This document shows positions 25,951-40,875 of a stretch of 64,000 nt of DNA, in pieces. Origin of the DNA: Adineta vaga (Eukaryota > Animalia > Rotifera); assembly GCA_021613535.1 (NCBI GenBank), contig CP075497.1, positions 1,488,001 to 1,552,000 of the forward strand, given 5' to 3'. Position 1 is the stretch's first letter, and each line of letters opens with the position of its first letter. A model generated the notes under the pieces. It searched no databases, was not told where the DNA came from, and was given only the letters and a program-made list of their open reading frames with translations. The position numbers and the translations under genes were made by a program.

Positions 25951-26533
25951 TTTAATACAATTCATTTTCGGAACTAAGCAATGAATATTCGAAAAGCAGT
26001 CTTCATTTTGCATACTAATTACTTTGAACACGTGAACGACATTATGAACTGAATCATCTAAAAATAAAAGAAAAATATTAATAGGATACAATCGAATTTG
26101 AAATCAATTTTAATCGTTCATTAATTATTGCAATCCTTTCTCTTAATTCATTTTTACGATCAGTACCTAGATAAGGTAGTTCACCAGTTTCTAATCGCAC
26201 ACGTTCGTCAACAAATACTTCATATTCTTAAATAGAATACTTTATAAAAAAAATGAATTGAAATTAACTTTTAATCTTTTAAATATTACTTATTTTCCAT
26301 TAATACCCTATCTCTTTTGATAACTCTCTTCGGAATAAAAGATATAGTAGAGTGTTGAAACTCAAGTAAAATTTTAGACTTCTATGTAGATTTAACATAC
26401 CCTATTAAATGAGAGATCAAATCATGAGGAATTATTACTAATTGTTTATTAGATTAGATATAGAAAATATACATAACATTAATATCTGATCTTTTATTTA
26501 TAAAAAGAAGATATAAAAAAAGGGAATTTGTTT

Positions 26534-28056
26534 TTAATTTGATTTCTTTTTCTGAGACATATATTTCGTGAGATTTGATTCTTTTAAGAATTTCAAAATT
26601 TCATTATGATTTCTTTTATATGTTACTAACAGACCATCTTGAATTAACATATCTTTATTCTGATGATCATAAGAAATAGTTTGATTCAATAAAGTTGTCA
26701 TTGTTCCATGATTTGCTCTTAGAACAGCATCTGGTGCACAAAGATCCCATTTTTTAATTGCTGTTATATGAAGATAATAATCAGCATATTCTTCTAATAC
26801 TTGTACTGTTTTATAACCTGAACCAGCAGATGGTAAAATTCGATATTGTTTATCATGATAAATTTTTTTCAAAATTTCATGTGCTTGACCTGCATGTGAA
26901 CGAGATATAGTAATTTCATCAACATTTGGTGTATGTTTTGGTAAAAGACTATTTTCATCTCGTTTTATCACTGAATGATTCACACCAACCCATCCCCATG
27001 CTAAAAAAAATTCTCAAATGAAATCAAAGATTGATTCAAAGAATTCTTTTACTTATTTTATCAGTAAATGGTGAATAAAGAATTCCAATGGTTGGTTGTT
27101 TTTCTATTGTAACACATAACATAACCATAATATATTGAGTAAGATCCTCTAAAAAAAGAAAGAAATCGATATTCCAAGAACATCTATTTTTATTCTGCCC
27201 GAGATGTTCGATTTGTCCTCTTTTTTTCTTATCAGCATATGTGATAATAGTGCATTTTCAATGATTAATCGATGGTTAGACAAAACAATATTTTGACTGA
27301 GATTTTCAATTAATCGGAGAGACTCTTCGATAAAAAGAAACAGAACAAAAGCAAAGTTCACATGTACCCAACTCTCTTGATTAAGTACGTGTTTTAAGGG
27401 CTTAATAAAAGAAATTATCTTTTGATATAAACAAAAAGCTTAACCTGTAAATTCTTTTGTTGCATCTAATGGATCAATCCAAACTGCAACTGATGATAGT
27501 GGAACAGTCATAAGATTATTTTCATTTTCAATTTTTGGAAGAAGATGTTGTATTTTTTCTTTAATTTGAAATTCCTTTTGAATTGATTGAAATTGTTCGT
27601 TACTAATTGAATCTTTTTCTTCCGAAACAATCTATTTACAATAAGACAACAAACGAATTGTTTTTAATTTTGAAAAACAAAAAAAAGTTTCTTTGTAGAT
27701 ACTTGAAGATTTTGAAATTTCTTTTTTAAACCATTTGTTAAAATTGTATGAGAAACGAGATCTGCAATTGTAACAGGTTCACTCGGTAGATTTATGAATG
27801 CTTTTTTTTTGAAATCTTCTTTTTTATTTTTCAATAATTTAATTGTTTGTCCAGCTTGTTGAACTAATTGAAATGAATGATGAAATAAATCAATTAAATT
27901 AATTTCTTCATCATTTTCAACTGAAATTTTTTTAATTGATGATTTTGATCGACGATTTGATAAGACAAAAAATAAAATAACCGAGCAAAAAATGATGAGA
28001 AAAAGTAAAAAAGAACGATGTGGTTGAATTTTAACTCCAAACATTCGATATGTCAT
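26534..28056 (-). CDS. IMPAD1: Golgi PAP 3'-phosphatase / inositol monophosphatase 3 (type II membrane), multi-exon
   Basis: N-terminal TM helix; PVTIADLVSH, AVWIDPLDATKEFT, ISRSHAG, AGSGYK, IKKWDLCAPDA. Confidence 0.9.
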
Positions 28057-28208
28057 TGATCATCTTTAAGAAGAAAAAGAAAGAAAAGAAGAAGAAATTG
28101 AAATAATCTACTCTGTGAATGTTGTTGAATATATTCTTTAAAGAAACAAACAAAAATGAACAAGAACAAAAGAAAGAAAGAAAAAAAAAGTATAATACAA
28201 ATGAAAAT

Positions 28209-28761
28209 TTAAGAAGATATTTGATGAAGTAAATTAATTCGATTAGGTGATGTTGAAATGAATTTTTCCAAAAATTTTATTTGTGATGGTTTGGAAATAG
28301 TTAATAAGGAATAAACATCTTTGATATGATACCAATTTCTTTGTCTTCCAATTAATCTTTTATCATCCCAATCATCATATTCTTCTTCAAAATAAACAAC
28401 AAAAACAGTTGTTCGATGTTTTCTTTCACGATTTTCAAAAACACCTAATTCACGAAGAATTTTTCCTTTAACACCAGCTTCTTCATATAATTCACGATGT
28501 GCTGCTTCATCTGAACGTTCATTAGGTTCGACACCACCACCAGGAAATATCCACGAAGTTTTATCACGATGAGATGTGATTAATAAAATCTATTCATAAA
28601 CAAATGTTAGAAGAAGAAAACAAAATAAGAACAAATAGTGATCTTACTTCATCTTCATATTGATTCTTCACACAAATACATGCTGCTCTTTGTCGATAAC
28701 CATCATCATCAAAAAATCGCATTTTGTTATTATCTTTTTCAAATGGATTATTACCTGTCAT
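28209..28761 (-). CDS. NUDT3: Diphosphoinositol polyphosphate phosphohydrolase (Nudix, DIPP), 2 exons
   Basis: DDGYRQRAACIC, Nudix box GGGVEPNERSDEAAHRELYEEAGV, FENRERKHRT; intron ~28592-28647. Confidence 0.9.
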
Positions 28762-28855
28762 TTCAATTTGATGAGACAAAAAAGAAAGAACACAAAAACA
28801 AACAAACAAACAAACAAAAAAATGAAAAGTTCTTAGAGAAATGAAAGACTCAATC

Positions 28856-28886
<31 letters not shown>

Positions 28887-29852
28887 GTAAAGAACAAATC
28901 ACCAAAATTAATAATAAATAACAGACTAGAGAATATTTCAATTAGAAATCAGTTCGAGAATTAAAACATATTTTCCAAAGAAATCTTTCTCGATGATAAT
29001 CAAGAGTTAAGAATTGAAAAGATTTTCTTAAATGACAAACAAATTTTTTCGTCATTGCTTCATTTTACCAAATATCTTATCTAAAAATCAAATCAATCAT
29101 TTCGGTTACATTTTTATTTTCATTTCAAATCAAATAACTATAAACAATCCAAATACAATCAATTTATTACTCTCTATGGTTATTTAAACAATTCAATCGG
29201 TTACTTTTTCCTATAGATGTCATTACTTACCCTTTGCATTTGTATTTATCGCTTTTCTTTTTTTGAAATATTTTACTATCAGATAACAAAGTCGGCAGTT
29301 TATTATTTACGCAATAAATAAAGAGATGATAAGAATAAGAAGTTTACTTTTTTTCTAAAAAAGAAACTAAGAAACGATTTCAATGATTATATTACTTTGA
29401 AATATATAGAGAGAAAATTCTTCGAGTCAAAGGTCGATTCTTGCACATACTTTCATGCCTTGTTTTTCCTCTTGACTTAGTGTTCTTTATAGCACACATT
29501 TTTTTTTCTTCTCCTATTTATTATGACGTCAATAGACGACGAGAAAATGATGAAAAACGATTGGTATTTCAGAGAAAGAAAGTGCAATGATGACGATCGT
29601 TATTTTTCGGCAGCAAACAATCATAACAAGTATTTTCTACGTTTGCAAATCCATGTCTCGAACGATTTCTTCTTGACATATAGTAGTTTGATTATCATTG
29701 AAGTAAAGATATTGATCTAATTAAATGAATATTTTGTCTATCACACATAAAAATCGATAGAAACAAAGAAAAAAAGGTCATAATATCACAAAAAAGAAAG
29801 AAAGAAAGAAAGAAAAAAAATTTGAAAATAAAAAAAGGAGATCACAAAAGTT

Positions 29853-32800
29853 CTAAGGCATACAATGAAGAATAACAATGAGGTAATGAATGTAAAGAAG
29901 ATGTTGAATCTTCTTTAAAAGATTTTTCAAGTAAAAATAGATGATGATTGATTTGTTGAATTTGTTGATGATATTTTCCAAGAATTTCTTCACGTTGATT
30001 TAATTTTGATTTTAATAAAGAAGTTTTTTCGGAAAAACTTTTGTCATTTTCATTATTTAAAACTAAATCAAATGAAGGAATGTATTAAGAAATCAACAAA
30101 AAGAAAAACTTACAACATGGTGTGGAAAAATTTTGATTCATCGAAGGTTTGCATTTGATTGAAAGAAAATCTTTTAAAATTCGACAACTTTTATCTGACA
30201 TCGAAGAAAGTGCTGAATCAGTTGATTTTGATCGACGATTTCCATCGATGTTTCTTGTTAACATATCAGATGAATAACAACGAGGAAAAGATCGTCTATT
30301 CGAAAAACAAAGGAAAATATTCGGTTTTTGGTTTGGTTCACTTCAATCAATCATGCTCATTCAAAACATCACAAGGAAGGAGAACTTCTCTTACAGATTT
30401 ATATTTAATAATTAAAAAATGTAACAAATTTAATTTGGACGAACAACACTGGAATAGTTTTATGAAAAAAACAAATATTTTACAAAATGATAAAAATACC
30501 TTTTAACAGATATATTTATTGGTTTCGATGTTTGTTGATCATTTGTTGTTGATGAAGTGGAATTTGTTGGATTTAATGACGATAAATTTTCAAGTAAAAT
30601 TGGAGATGACCAACGTCGCTTTGCTGCACGAACAATATGTTGAATTATTTCACTTGGTTTCGTTTCCGTTGTTATTAAACTTTCCGGATCAACTAAAGTT
30701 GCAGTTTTTATTGGAGGTAAACGTGGCATTTGAGGATTGATTTCCACAGGAATTTTATCATATGAATTTTCATCAAAAAACCATTCATACTAAACAATTT
30801 GGAAAAGAAAAATTAAAGAATCCAAATGGAAAGAAAAAAACAATTTACATATAAAATAAACGATTCAACAATTCGAATTTTTTCGGGATTATCAACAAGA
30901 TTTGATTGTAATGATGCTTTAGAATCCCAAATTAATGTTGGTCCAAATATAATTGCTAAATTTCTTGCATCAATCTAAAGAAAGAAAGAACGAAGAAATG
31001 AAACGAACAATTCATTTGAATTTACTTTATTAATATCACATTTGGATGAAATTCTACGAAAATGTGCGCATAAATATTTTAATGTTTCAAATCGATAATC
31101 ATCTAATTGAATAACAAGTCTTTTTAATTCTACTAAACGATCACAATGACTTTCAATTCGACTTGATTCTACACATAAACTACTCATCTCTAAAGGAGAA
31201 AAAATTTCAATTAATAATTGATTTTTCTATTCGACAAAAATAACGAACTTGATGATAAAAGTGAATCAGGTAATTTGGCAAAGAATGTTTTTAATGTTGA
31301 TGCAACAGCTTTAATATCATACCATTTTTCTGAATTAAAATCAATTTTTTCTGATCCTTTATCTAATTCATTCACAAGCCAATTTACTGCTGTTAAACCT
31401 CCTGCATGTCGATAAATGCCCTGATAATTCATTCCACGTAATTCAACAAGACGTGTTAAAATTTCGACAACAATTGGAATATAACGAGATATTGATGATG
31501 TTTCACATTCTTCTAATTCAATACCAAAATTAACTCCTTGTGTTATTGTTCCAATACCAGATGGAGATGTTAATGTTTCTCCACTACTTTCATCATAAAC
31601 TTGTCCACTCATTTGACTTGTTAATAATGATGAAGAAGATTTTAATGTACGAAGACCTTTTTTTACAATTGATTTCACAAATGAACGACGTGGTGATGCC
31701 ACAACATTCATTTCATTTGGAGGAGAATTCGTTCCACTCATGGATGAAATTGATTGAGTAGGTTGACTTATGGAAGCTTTTTGAGATTTACGAAAACGAA
31801 GACTTGGAGAACGTTTTAATGATGGACTTCGAAGAGAGATTTTCGATTTTGTATTTGATTTACGTTGTTCAACATTTCTAAATTTTGGAAAAAACGAAAA
31901 GAAATGACTTAATATTTCAAATGATCTAATAGAACTTACTCGTGTTCATGATGTGTTATTGGTGCAATTGGTGGTAGTAATGCTGAAGTATTTTTTCTTT
32001 GATCTTTCATTTCATTATTATTATCTTGTAATAAATCTGATTGTAAACAATTATCATTAATAACATCTAACCATTCATTTAAGGATTGAATATCTGGTGC
32101 TTGAAATAAAAATTCACTTTGATTTGATGTTGTTACTTTGAAAACACGTGGTTTTTTAATATAATCACTTGCTAATTCCACATCAGCATTTTGAAGATTT
32201 ATTGGAAATGAATCACATGAAAGTGGAATTAATAATCCATGTTTTTTCTCTTTTCCAAGAAATAAAGCACCACGTCGAAGAACAGCCCATGCTCCACGCC
32301 ATGATCGATCCGTTGCACGTCGTCCATCTTTTAAAACAGTTTTACAATAAAGAATACCTTCTTTTGTTGCTTCTAAATTATCCGTTAATGTTGTTAATGG
32401 AATTGATTCACGTGGATTTGTTGCTCCTTCAAGTGTTGAACCATCAAATATCGAATCAGATTTTGATCTTCCACCTGATGATGATTGAGGAGAAAGAGGA
32501 GATTGAGATAATGATGGACGATGATCGATTTCATTAGTTAATGAAGAAGTCTAAAAATAATTTCAAATCTGTTTTTTTTTATTCAAAACAAAATGAATAT
32601 TTACATTTTCACCAAAAAAATGTTTTAATTTTTTAATTGCTTGAGCTTGATGATGAGAAGAATTTCTTAAAAAAAGAAACGAATTCTTAATTCTTAAAAG
32701 AAATTCAACAAACCTGATTTTTTGATCGTGTAATATATCATAGGTGTTATTTGATCTTGGTATTGGTATTGGTTGATTATTAAAATTAGCTGGAAGATAT

Positions 32801-35800
32801 CCTCCACCTCGTGTTGAAGATAAGCGTTGATCGTTGGTTATTAAATATGAACTTTGACGTTGTTGTTTCATTTCTTGTTCAGATGTTGGTGGACTTCCAA
32901 ATTGTGTTACTAATTTAATAAACAAAAAAAAAGAAGATTTTCTTTCAAGAGAGAAAACTTTGTTTTTTTTACCAAAATCAGGTTGTTCACTTTGATTTGT
33001 TGATCTTACTGCAGTTATATAAGATGGTTGACGAATAAGATTAACTCCTGTTCGAGATGAAGATGGATAATTATCCAACGAATATCTTGAACTAAATCAT
33101 ATTGAAAATGATGAAATGAAAGATTCTTATTGAAATAAAAGAAAAAAACCTTTCAGTTGATGTTAATGGATTGTAATGTGAAGATGGTGTTGATTGAGAT
33201 TGATTTGATCGAAGATGTTGAATCATAAAACGAGGATCAAAATTGAATTCAATACTATTTAATTCACCGACTATAAGAAAATAAATGAGAAAAAATGTGC
33301 GTATTTATACGATTGATTTTCCGAACAGATGGAAATTTTATAAATAGAAAGGCGATTGAGTAAAAATAAGTAAAGCTTCTATCCAAATCAAAAGTCACGA
33401 AGTTTAGCAATGAAAGAAAACAGATGAAAGTTATTTAAAGTAAAAAAAGTAACTAAAAATAAAATTCGTACCTCTTGGAATAGGTAATGAAGAAGATAAA
33501 TCAATAGATGATTGTCTTGTTGTTGGTTTAAGCATTTTAAATTGAGATTGAGTATCATAAAAACAATTGGGATTAAAATCATAACTAAAATTTTCTTGTA
33601 AATTAAGATTATCATGTGCAGGTGGTGATGTTGGAAGTTTGGATTTTAATCGTGCAAATTTATCTGGATCAATATCTTCAAAATGGGATGCACGTTCCAT
33701 AACAGATTCAACATCTGCAACAGCTGTTAAACGATTCCATTCATTTTCATATTTTTTCTTTTCAGAATATTTCTTTGTTTTCGATTCACGTTGAGGATCA
33801 CGAACAATATTTTCTACATGACCCGTTTCAAATTGTTTCTTACGAAAATTAACAAATTCTGTTTTCATATCATTTTCATTTAATGGAGATTTTTCATTTG
33901 AAGCGATTTGAGAACGTGTTTCAGTTGTTGCGGAATCTGTTGAAGGAGATTTTAATTCTTCATGTGATTCAATTAATGAAGTTGAAACAGGTGATGAATA
34001 AAGTGTTGGACGTGACCATTCATCATTGACTAATGAATAACGATTGGATGGAGTATTTACATATGTATTTAATGAAGGATTTAATAATGGAATACCTTGA
34101 AAGAGATAGGAGAAAAACAAAAATTTTCTTCTTCAACAATATTTTTATTTCTATTCATGCGAAATATTGTCTTTTAGTAGATAGAACTATTTCTATATCT
34201 AATCTTTGGAATATGCCGAGCATTCGAAAGAATTTTCTCAATGAAAATAATCTGTTCTTTTATCCTCTGTCAATCAAAGATAGGAATGAAACATACTTTG
34301 TCGTGGAGGAACGGGTGGTCGAATAAGATTTGGTAAATAATTTCTTTGTTCATTTGGTTGATTAAAATTTAATTGAAATGTTGGTTGTCTTTTATAATCA
34401 TGTGGAATATATTCATTATGATATGGAGATTCATAATAAAGATTCGATGAATCGACTTTTGGTTGTAATGATTGTTGTTGCGGCTGCTGCTGCTGCTGCT
34501 GCTGCTGCGGCGACGGTTGTTGTTGTTGTTGCTTTGAGGAATCTAAAGCTTTATGAACTGAATCGATATAATTAGAAAAAGCATTTTGTTGTGGTGGTGG
34601 CGGTAGTGATTGTTGTTGTGATGAAGAAGATGATGATGAAGTTGGCGGAGGAAAATAAATTCCAGCTTGAGCAAGTTCTTCTGGTGTTCGACCTTGGGCT
34701 AAATTGATTTGTAAATTTCGTAATTTTTGTTCAATTGTATTATTTGATGACATTGTTGGTGTTAATTGATATGTTGGTAATGGACGAGAATATTGAATTG
34801 ATTTAATTCGTAATGAATTTAAATTTTGATAAATATTTTCCGAAGAATTCTTTGAAAAAATTAGAAAAATAAAAAAAGATCAATGAAGGAAAAACGAATA
34901 AAGATACATACAATTGTACGAGTATCATCTTCTTTTGGTATTATATTAAGAATAAGTTCTGTAGGACTAAAAAAACGAGCAGAAAGAAAGGGTTAACCTT
35001 TTCCTCGAAGAAAATATCTCGAGAAAAAAAAAGGAAAAGAAGAAGGAAAACTAACGTATTCTGAATCAAGGCAATAACTTGTGAATAAGTTTTTCCATTA
35101 ATTGATTGATCATTGACAGTTAAAATCTGATCACCTTGTCTTAAACCAGCGGCATATGCAGGACCATCTTGTCGAACTTCTTTAACAAATATTGTATCCA
35201 TTGATTGAAGGTTTTGATTGGGATTCGTTGACATTGTTGTTCCATCATCTTGGATATTATCTGGAACAAAAACAGATTTCTTCTTCGTGATATAGAATAT
35301 CCCCATCAATCAATACAGAAAAGAAAGAAAAAATCTATTTATCCACACAAATCTTTTCTTTTCTTTCGTTCTTTCATTCTTTTTCTTCTTCTCTTCTCGT
35401 ATGATTTGTTTCTTACCGTTTCCGACAGTTTTCATAGGAGAAGAAGAAGATGATAATGATGAAGATCCTTGTTGTTCTCCTTGATGATGGATACGACTAC
35501 CCGATGATGATGATGATGATAAAATACTTGGAGAAGCTATTGACGATGTTGTACCAGTACTTCCTCCTCCTCCTCCTCCTTCCAATTGCTTTTGTTGATG
35601 TTCATCGATCACCACACTGTACGAAGCCTATCACATTACATAAAACATGTTTAGTCTAACCTTGTAATACTTCTGAAATGACGTCATTCGTCTTTCTTTT
35701 TATTTCAAGGACAATGATTAATTCTATTCAAAGATATATTTTTTGTTAGTCTCTACTTCTGTTAAGATATAAAACAAGAAAAAATAACTCGCTATCTCTT

Positions 35801-36121
35801 TTCTTCTTTGTTTTCTAAGAATTTAAATAGCAGTTATAATTTCTTTTTGATTAAATAATGAAAAAAACAAACTTTACTCGTTTATTGGTTTTCTTAGATC
35901 TAAAAAAGGATTTTTGTTTTTTTATTGATTTTTAAAAGAAATTTCAATTAATTGATTTCTTTTCTTTAAAATTCAAATAAAATTAGTACAATTTTTACCC
36001 GTAATATATCATTGACAGAAACTGATGGAGGATAAATAACAAAATGACGAATTGTAAAACCAAAACCACCACCAGAAAAGTCACTTGAACGACGAACTAT
36101 TAATTTTTGACTTTTTTTCAT
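29853..36121 (-). CDS. ARHGAP21: Rho GTPase-activating protein 21/23 (PDZ, PH, RhoGAP), multi-exon
   Basis: PDZ: [35 protein letters not shown]: [21 protein letters not shown]. RhoGAP with arginine finger GIYRHAG, and [11 protein letters not shown]. PolyQ at ~34470-34530. Confidence 0.9.
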
Positions 36122-39100
36122 TTCGTTCTATTTCTATCGATTTATATATTTCTAAACAAAACTAAAAAGAAAATCGTTTTCTTTCAGAAATTATCGCATT
36201 TACCTGTAAAGAGAAAGATCGTCATAGAACATTGTTATTGTGATCAGTGATGATATTCTTCTGAAACAAAGAGAGAAAAAGAACATTATTCTTTTCTCGA
36301 TATTATTATCAGACAAACACCAACAACAACCAAAAAGAGGCACAGAGCGAGAGAGACAGAGACGAAGAAAGTGTCAAAATAGAGAGAACAACAATGTACA
36401 AATACTAATTAATTCTCTTCCATGAAGAAAGATAAAATTTTCTTTTAAATAAAATAAATAATTCGTTAAATAGAATCGATTTCTTTCTAATAATAAAAAA
36501 ACAAGTACATATCTAAAAAAAGAAAAATTAACCTTGAATACACATGTCAATACCGAATCATGTTATTCTCTATAGTAAACGAGTGTATCATCTACATAGA
36601 GATGATTACAAGACATAATTGAATGCAGATACATAGATCCTAAAAGAATGCAACAAATTATTAGTTGCTTGATATCTATCCATCCATATGCTTCTTTGTT
36701 TATCTAACTCTACTGAATTTAAAATAGGAAAAGAGAGAGAGAGAGAAGTCAATTATAAATAATAATGATGAAGGACAAAAGAAAATCGATTTTTGTTTTA
36801 TATCAAAATGTATGTATTACTCTGAATATGAATATGAACGTAAGAATTACCATAAAATGACATTCGATGTCGTCGAGTCTTATTTCTTTTACTATTTATA
36901 AAATGAGAATAGACAGACATAAATAGTAACATACCTTTAGGAAAAGAAATATGAAAAGAAAAGTAAAACTGATCGAATTATGTCTGATTTCAATTCAACT
37001 GGTCAAAAGGTTATGTCGTTTATTCTATTTAGATGAAAAGACTTACTTTTCTTTGTTTTAGAGTTTAATATGAATAAAGAAATAGAAAAAAAAGGAGAAT
37101 TTCTTTGACAAGGACATTGAAAAAGAAAAATCGATTGAGACATTTGGATTTTAATCAGACATCTAATCAAACGAGAATTGTAAAGAACAAGAAAAAATTC
37201 TATTTAACCTTGAACGATTTAATAGAAATGCAATACTGTAAAAAAATACATTATCAAATTGTATGAAGAAGAATAAGTGAAGTTTTTGTCAATTAACTAA
37301 AATAGCAAATGAAAAACTATTTTTATATTTATAAATTTAACGAGAAAATCTTCAGATATTAAAGAAAGAAAACATATGATGATCATTGTTTGATAATTAA
37401 TATCAATGAATACGTTTCAAGTTGTTCTATATATATATATATATGAAATGTCTTAATTATCTTGATATTTTGTCAGATAAATCGAATTTAATAATTCAAT
37501 GATCTTTAATTAGATAGATTCTTTATTATATCTTATTAATTAAACAGACAATTAACTAAGAGAAGTCTCTATTTGTTGATCTTATAGTTATACTCACTAG
37601 ATTTCTATTTGGATGGATAAATAAAACGACAATCAGTTATGACGTTTTGTTTATAGATAAATAAAGAATTGGTTTTGCTTGGTGTTTCGACGTAGTTTAA
37701 GAAGGACGTGTCAATAATAATGTCTTCGTTCCTACTGTCTCTTATCCTTTTCTTTTCTTAAGATATTATTGGCATCTTCCTTTTTTTGGACAGACACCAT
37801 CAACATTATTACCGTGTTTAGATATGTCTTTTGCTCTTGTTCTTCTTCGTACTGTTCTTGTTGTTGTTCTTCGTCGTCGTTGTCGTCTTCTGCTTCTTTT
37901 TCTTCTTTTAGAGAACAACTTTTCTGTCTTAGAAGATCAATAAAGAAAGAGTGTCATCTATTAGATGCATAATTAAAGAAAACTATTAAATCGTCCTTGT
38001 ACTTAACTTTTCTATCAAGAATAGTTCTGAAAGAATTCAATTTCGATAAGCAATTGTCTATTTACATCCACTTGGCTATGCCACTACGCACAAAATTATC
38101 TGTATATTAATTGATATGTTTGCTTTTTTTTGTCGATAATTTCACTACATATAAATATCTTTCTTTTGAAGAAGTTTTTTCGTTAATTTAAATCGGAATG
38201 ATTTATTTCTCTATTCTTCTATTCAGTCAAATATTTACTTATCTCTTCAAAGAAAAGCCTGGACTTAATTGAAACTAATCGGTCAAGTAAAGAAAAGAGA
38301 AAATGCCACTCAGAGACAATTCTTCGTTTAACAACAGTAATAATGAAGAAGATGGAAAGATTTATATACAAAACGAGGATTCAGTCTTCTCGCTGTCAGC
38401 ACCTCTCAATCCATTTCATCGTTATTCGAAGTTTCAACATAATTACCAACAAACAGGAATATCATTTTAACATCAGCAGCAACTAGTGGGCTCATAATTT
38501 CGTTTTTTGTGCGGAAACAATAATTTGTCAAAATTTTTATTCAGTTTTTGTTAGAATTATTATTATTAAATAGAAAAGAGAAAAACTATAAGTTGTGTAA
38601 AAAGGGGTTAAAATAATCGAAATTTGTTTTATTTTAATTTCAAACGTCGTCGTTCATCTTATATTTTATTTACACTTGAAAAATGAAAACCATATTATCA
38701 AAAATTAGTTGATACAAAAGAAGAAAATATTAATCAATCAATGGAAGTTAATTTTTCACTTCTTTCTCTTTTCTGGACATTATTTCATTTATTTGTATAT
38801 TTGCCAAAGAAACAACTTTTTCTTCTTACAAATTCTTTGTTTGATTATCAAAATTGTAAATGAATAACAAATCTCATTTAGATTTCTTGTAAAGATGATT
38901 CATATACTTTATGTAAACGTAGAGAAAACATTCTTTTAATAGATTAATCTACAGCTCGATGCGGTCAATTTTTACAAGTGCTGTGAATTAACACACTCTG
39001 ATTAGAATTCAGCGGGATTATCCCGAACCCATTGGGACGGATATAACTATGTTTTTTAATGTCTTCTAAACAAGAATTCTAAAGACAAGATTGCCGAAAT

Positions 39101-40875
39101 TCTTCATCCGATCTTTTCATATCTATGACATTAAGATTCATATGAATCGTTAATTTGCAAAGGAATATCTTCAATTTACAACATCGAAAGATATTCTTTC
39201 CCTATGTTTTTGTAGAAAAGCATACAGATTATCTTTCAGAAAAATATTTATTTAACAATTCTATTCGATCTAATTAATGAAATCTATCTCTAATAAACAT
39301 CATGTTTACTAAAAAGAAAGTGTAATTCATTCTAATTTGAAAATATTCAAAGAATATTATTTTACTGTAACTTGATTTTTATTTACAAAAACACAATGAA
39401 TTGTTATGAAAATAGAAATGTTTTAAGTAAAATTCATATTAGTTATAGAAGATTGTTAAATGAGAAAGTAACAATATTAGTTTAATGAATGAAATTGTAA
39501 ACTGAGATGATATTGTTAATATGTAAATAGCAAAGAAATATCGAATGAAAATTGATCTTCTATCAACTAATCGAAAAGTTTTATTTTCAATGTTCAAAGA
39601 ATTTCTTTAATAAAAGAAGAGAAATAGTTCAATTAAAATGCAACTGATTGTCGTCATTCTCATTCAATATTGATTTAATAGGAAAAAAAACATTGTTCAT
39701 ACACGTATTTCCATTAGTTACGGAAATTAATCAAGTTTCCGTCGATTGTCGAGAAAATAAAATTGTTTTTCTAACTAATATGTGTTTATTTAAGAAACTC
39801 GTGCATTTTTAAAATCAAAATTTTATTGATTGTTCCATCAACTTTGTCTTTCCTTTAGGTCAAGTTTGAAAAGAAAAACAAAATGATATCTATGAAAAAG
39901 ATCATTCGTTATCGATGATCACTGATCTGTTTTATAGTAATAGGGCGTTGTTTTTAATGATTGTCGCGCGTTCAGTTCATTGGTATGTCATTATAATGAT
40001 GCACTTAGAGCTTTTCGTGTTTATTGGTTGGAGTTGATTCGATTAGAAATTGAAGAGAAAAGAAATATTCAATGATTAAATGAGTAAAAACAAAGATGAA
40101 AAGTTATTTGTCCTTAAGGCATAGATGAAAAATTATCTCATTTTAATAGAATGATATTTTATCATATTTCATTGCAAACAATATCGAGATGTCAATAATC
40201 GCTTTTTTTTTTCCTCTCTCTCTTTTGTTAAAATATTATGTATGAAAGTATCGTATATCTATTCGATTTATTACTTATATCCTTTTGTATGATATGTATA
40301 AAAAAAGAAAATGATCAATCGAATCGTTTTGATTATGATTGTTATATGTGATATATATAAAGGTGATCGATTATCATCTGTAATATTGGTGTAGAACATG
40401 TCGTCGTTGTTGTGTGTGTGTCTCACCTGTAGAAGTGTTTATTTTCAATCGTTTCGATGATGACAGGCTCTTTTCTTTTTCTTTTACAAAGATAGAAATG
40501 ATTGATCCGTTGAGTAAATCATTTCGAACGATCATCGAGGAGAAGTAAAAAAAAGAAAGAAAATTTGTTTGAGTTATTATTATCATTGAAAAAAAGAAAG
40601 ATGACCGATATGACGAAGAATTGTTCATTGACTTCGTACAAATGAATAGTTAATGTGGGAAAAGAAATGTATTTTATTTATCTGTTTGAATAATACAATA
40701 AGAAAGAAACGAGAAAAGAAAAAAACACGAGAATATATTCTTTATACAACAAAATGAATTTAGATTAACTTCAAGAAGAAAAAGAAATGAAGAAAACCGG
40801 GTTTCATGGAAGAAGAGATGATGAAAAAAAAGAAGAAAAAATGTTTCTGTATATAAATTGAATCTTTTCTTTTTT

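Noticed and set aside
30159-35659. Plus-strand ORFs overlapping ARHGAP21
   Set aside because: Antisense shadows of codon-biased, low-complexity exons.
38303-38470. 55-aa small ORF (MPLRDNSSF...)
   Set aside because: No motif or splice support; cannot be distinguished from chance.
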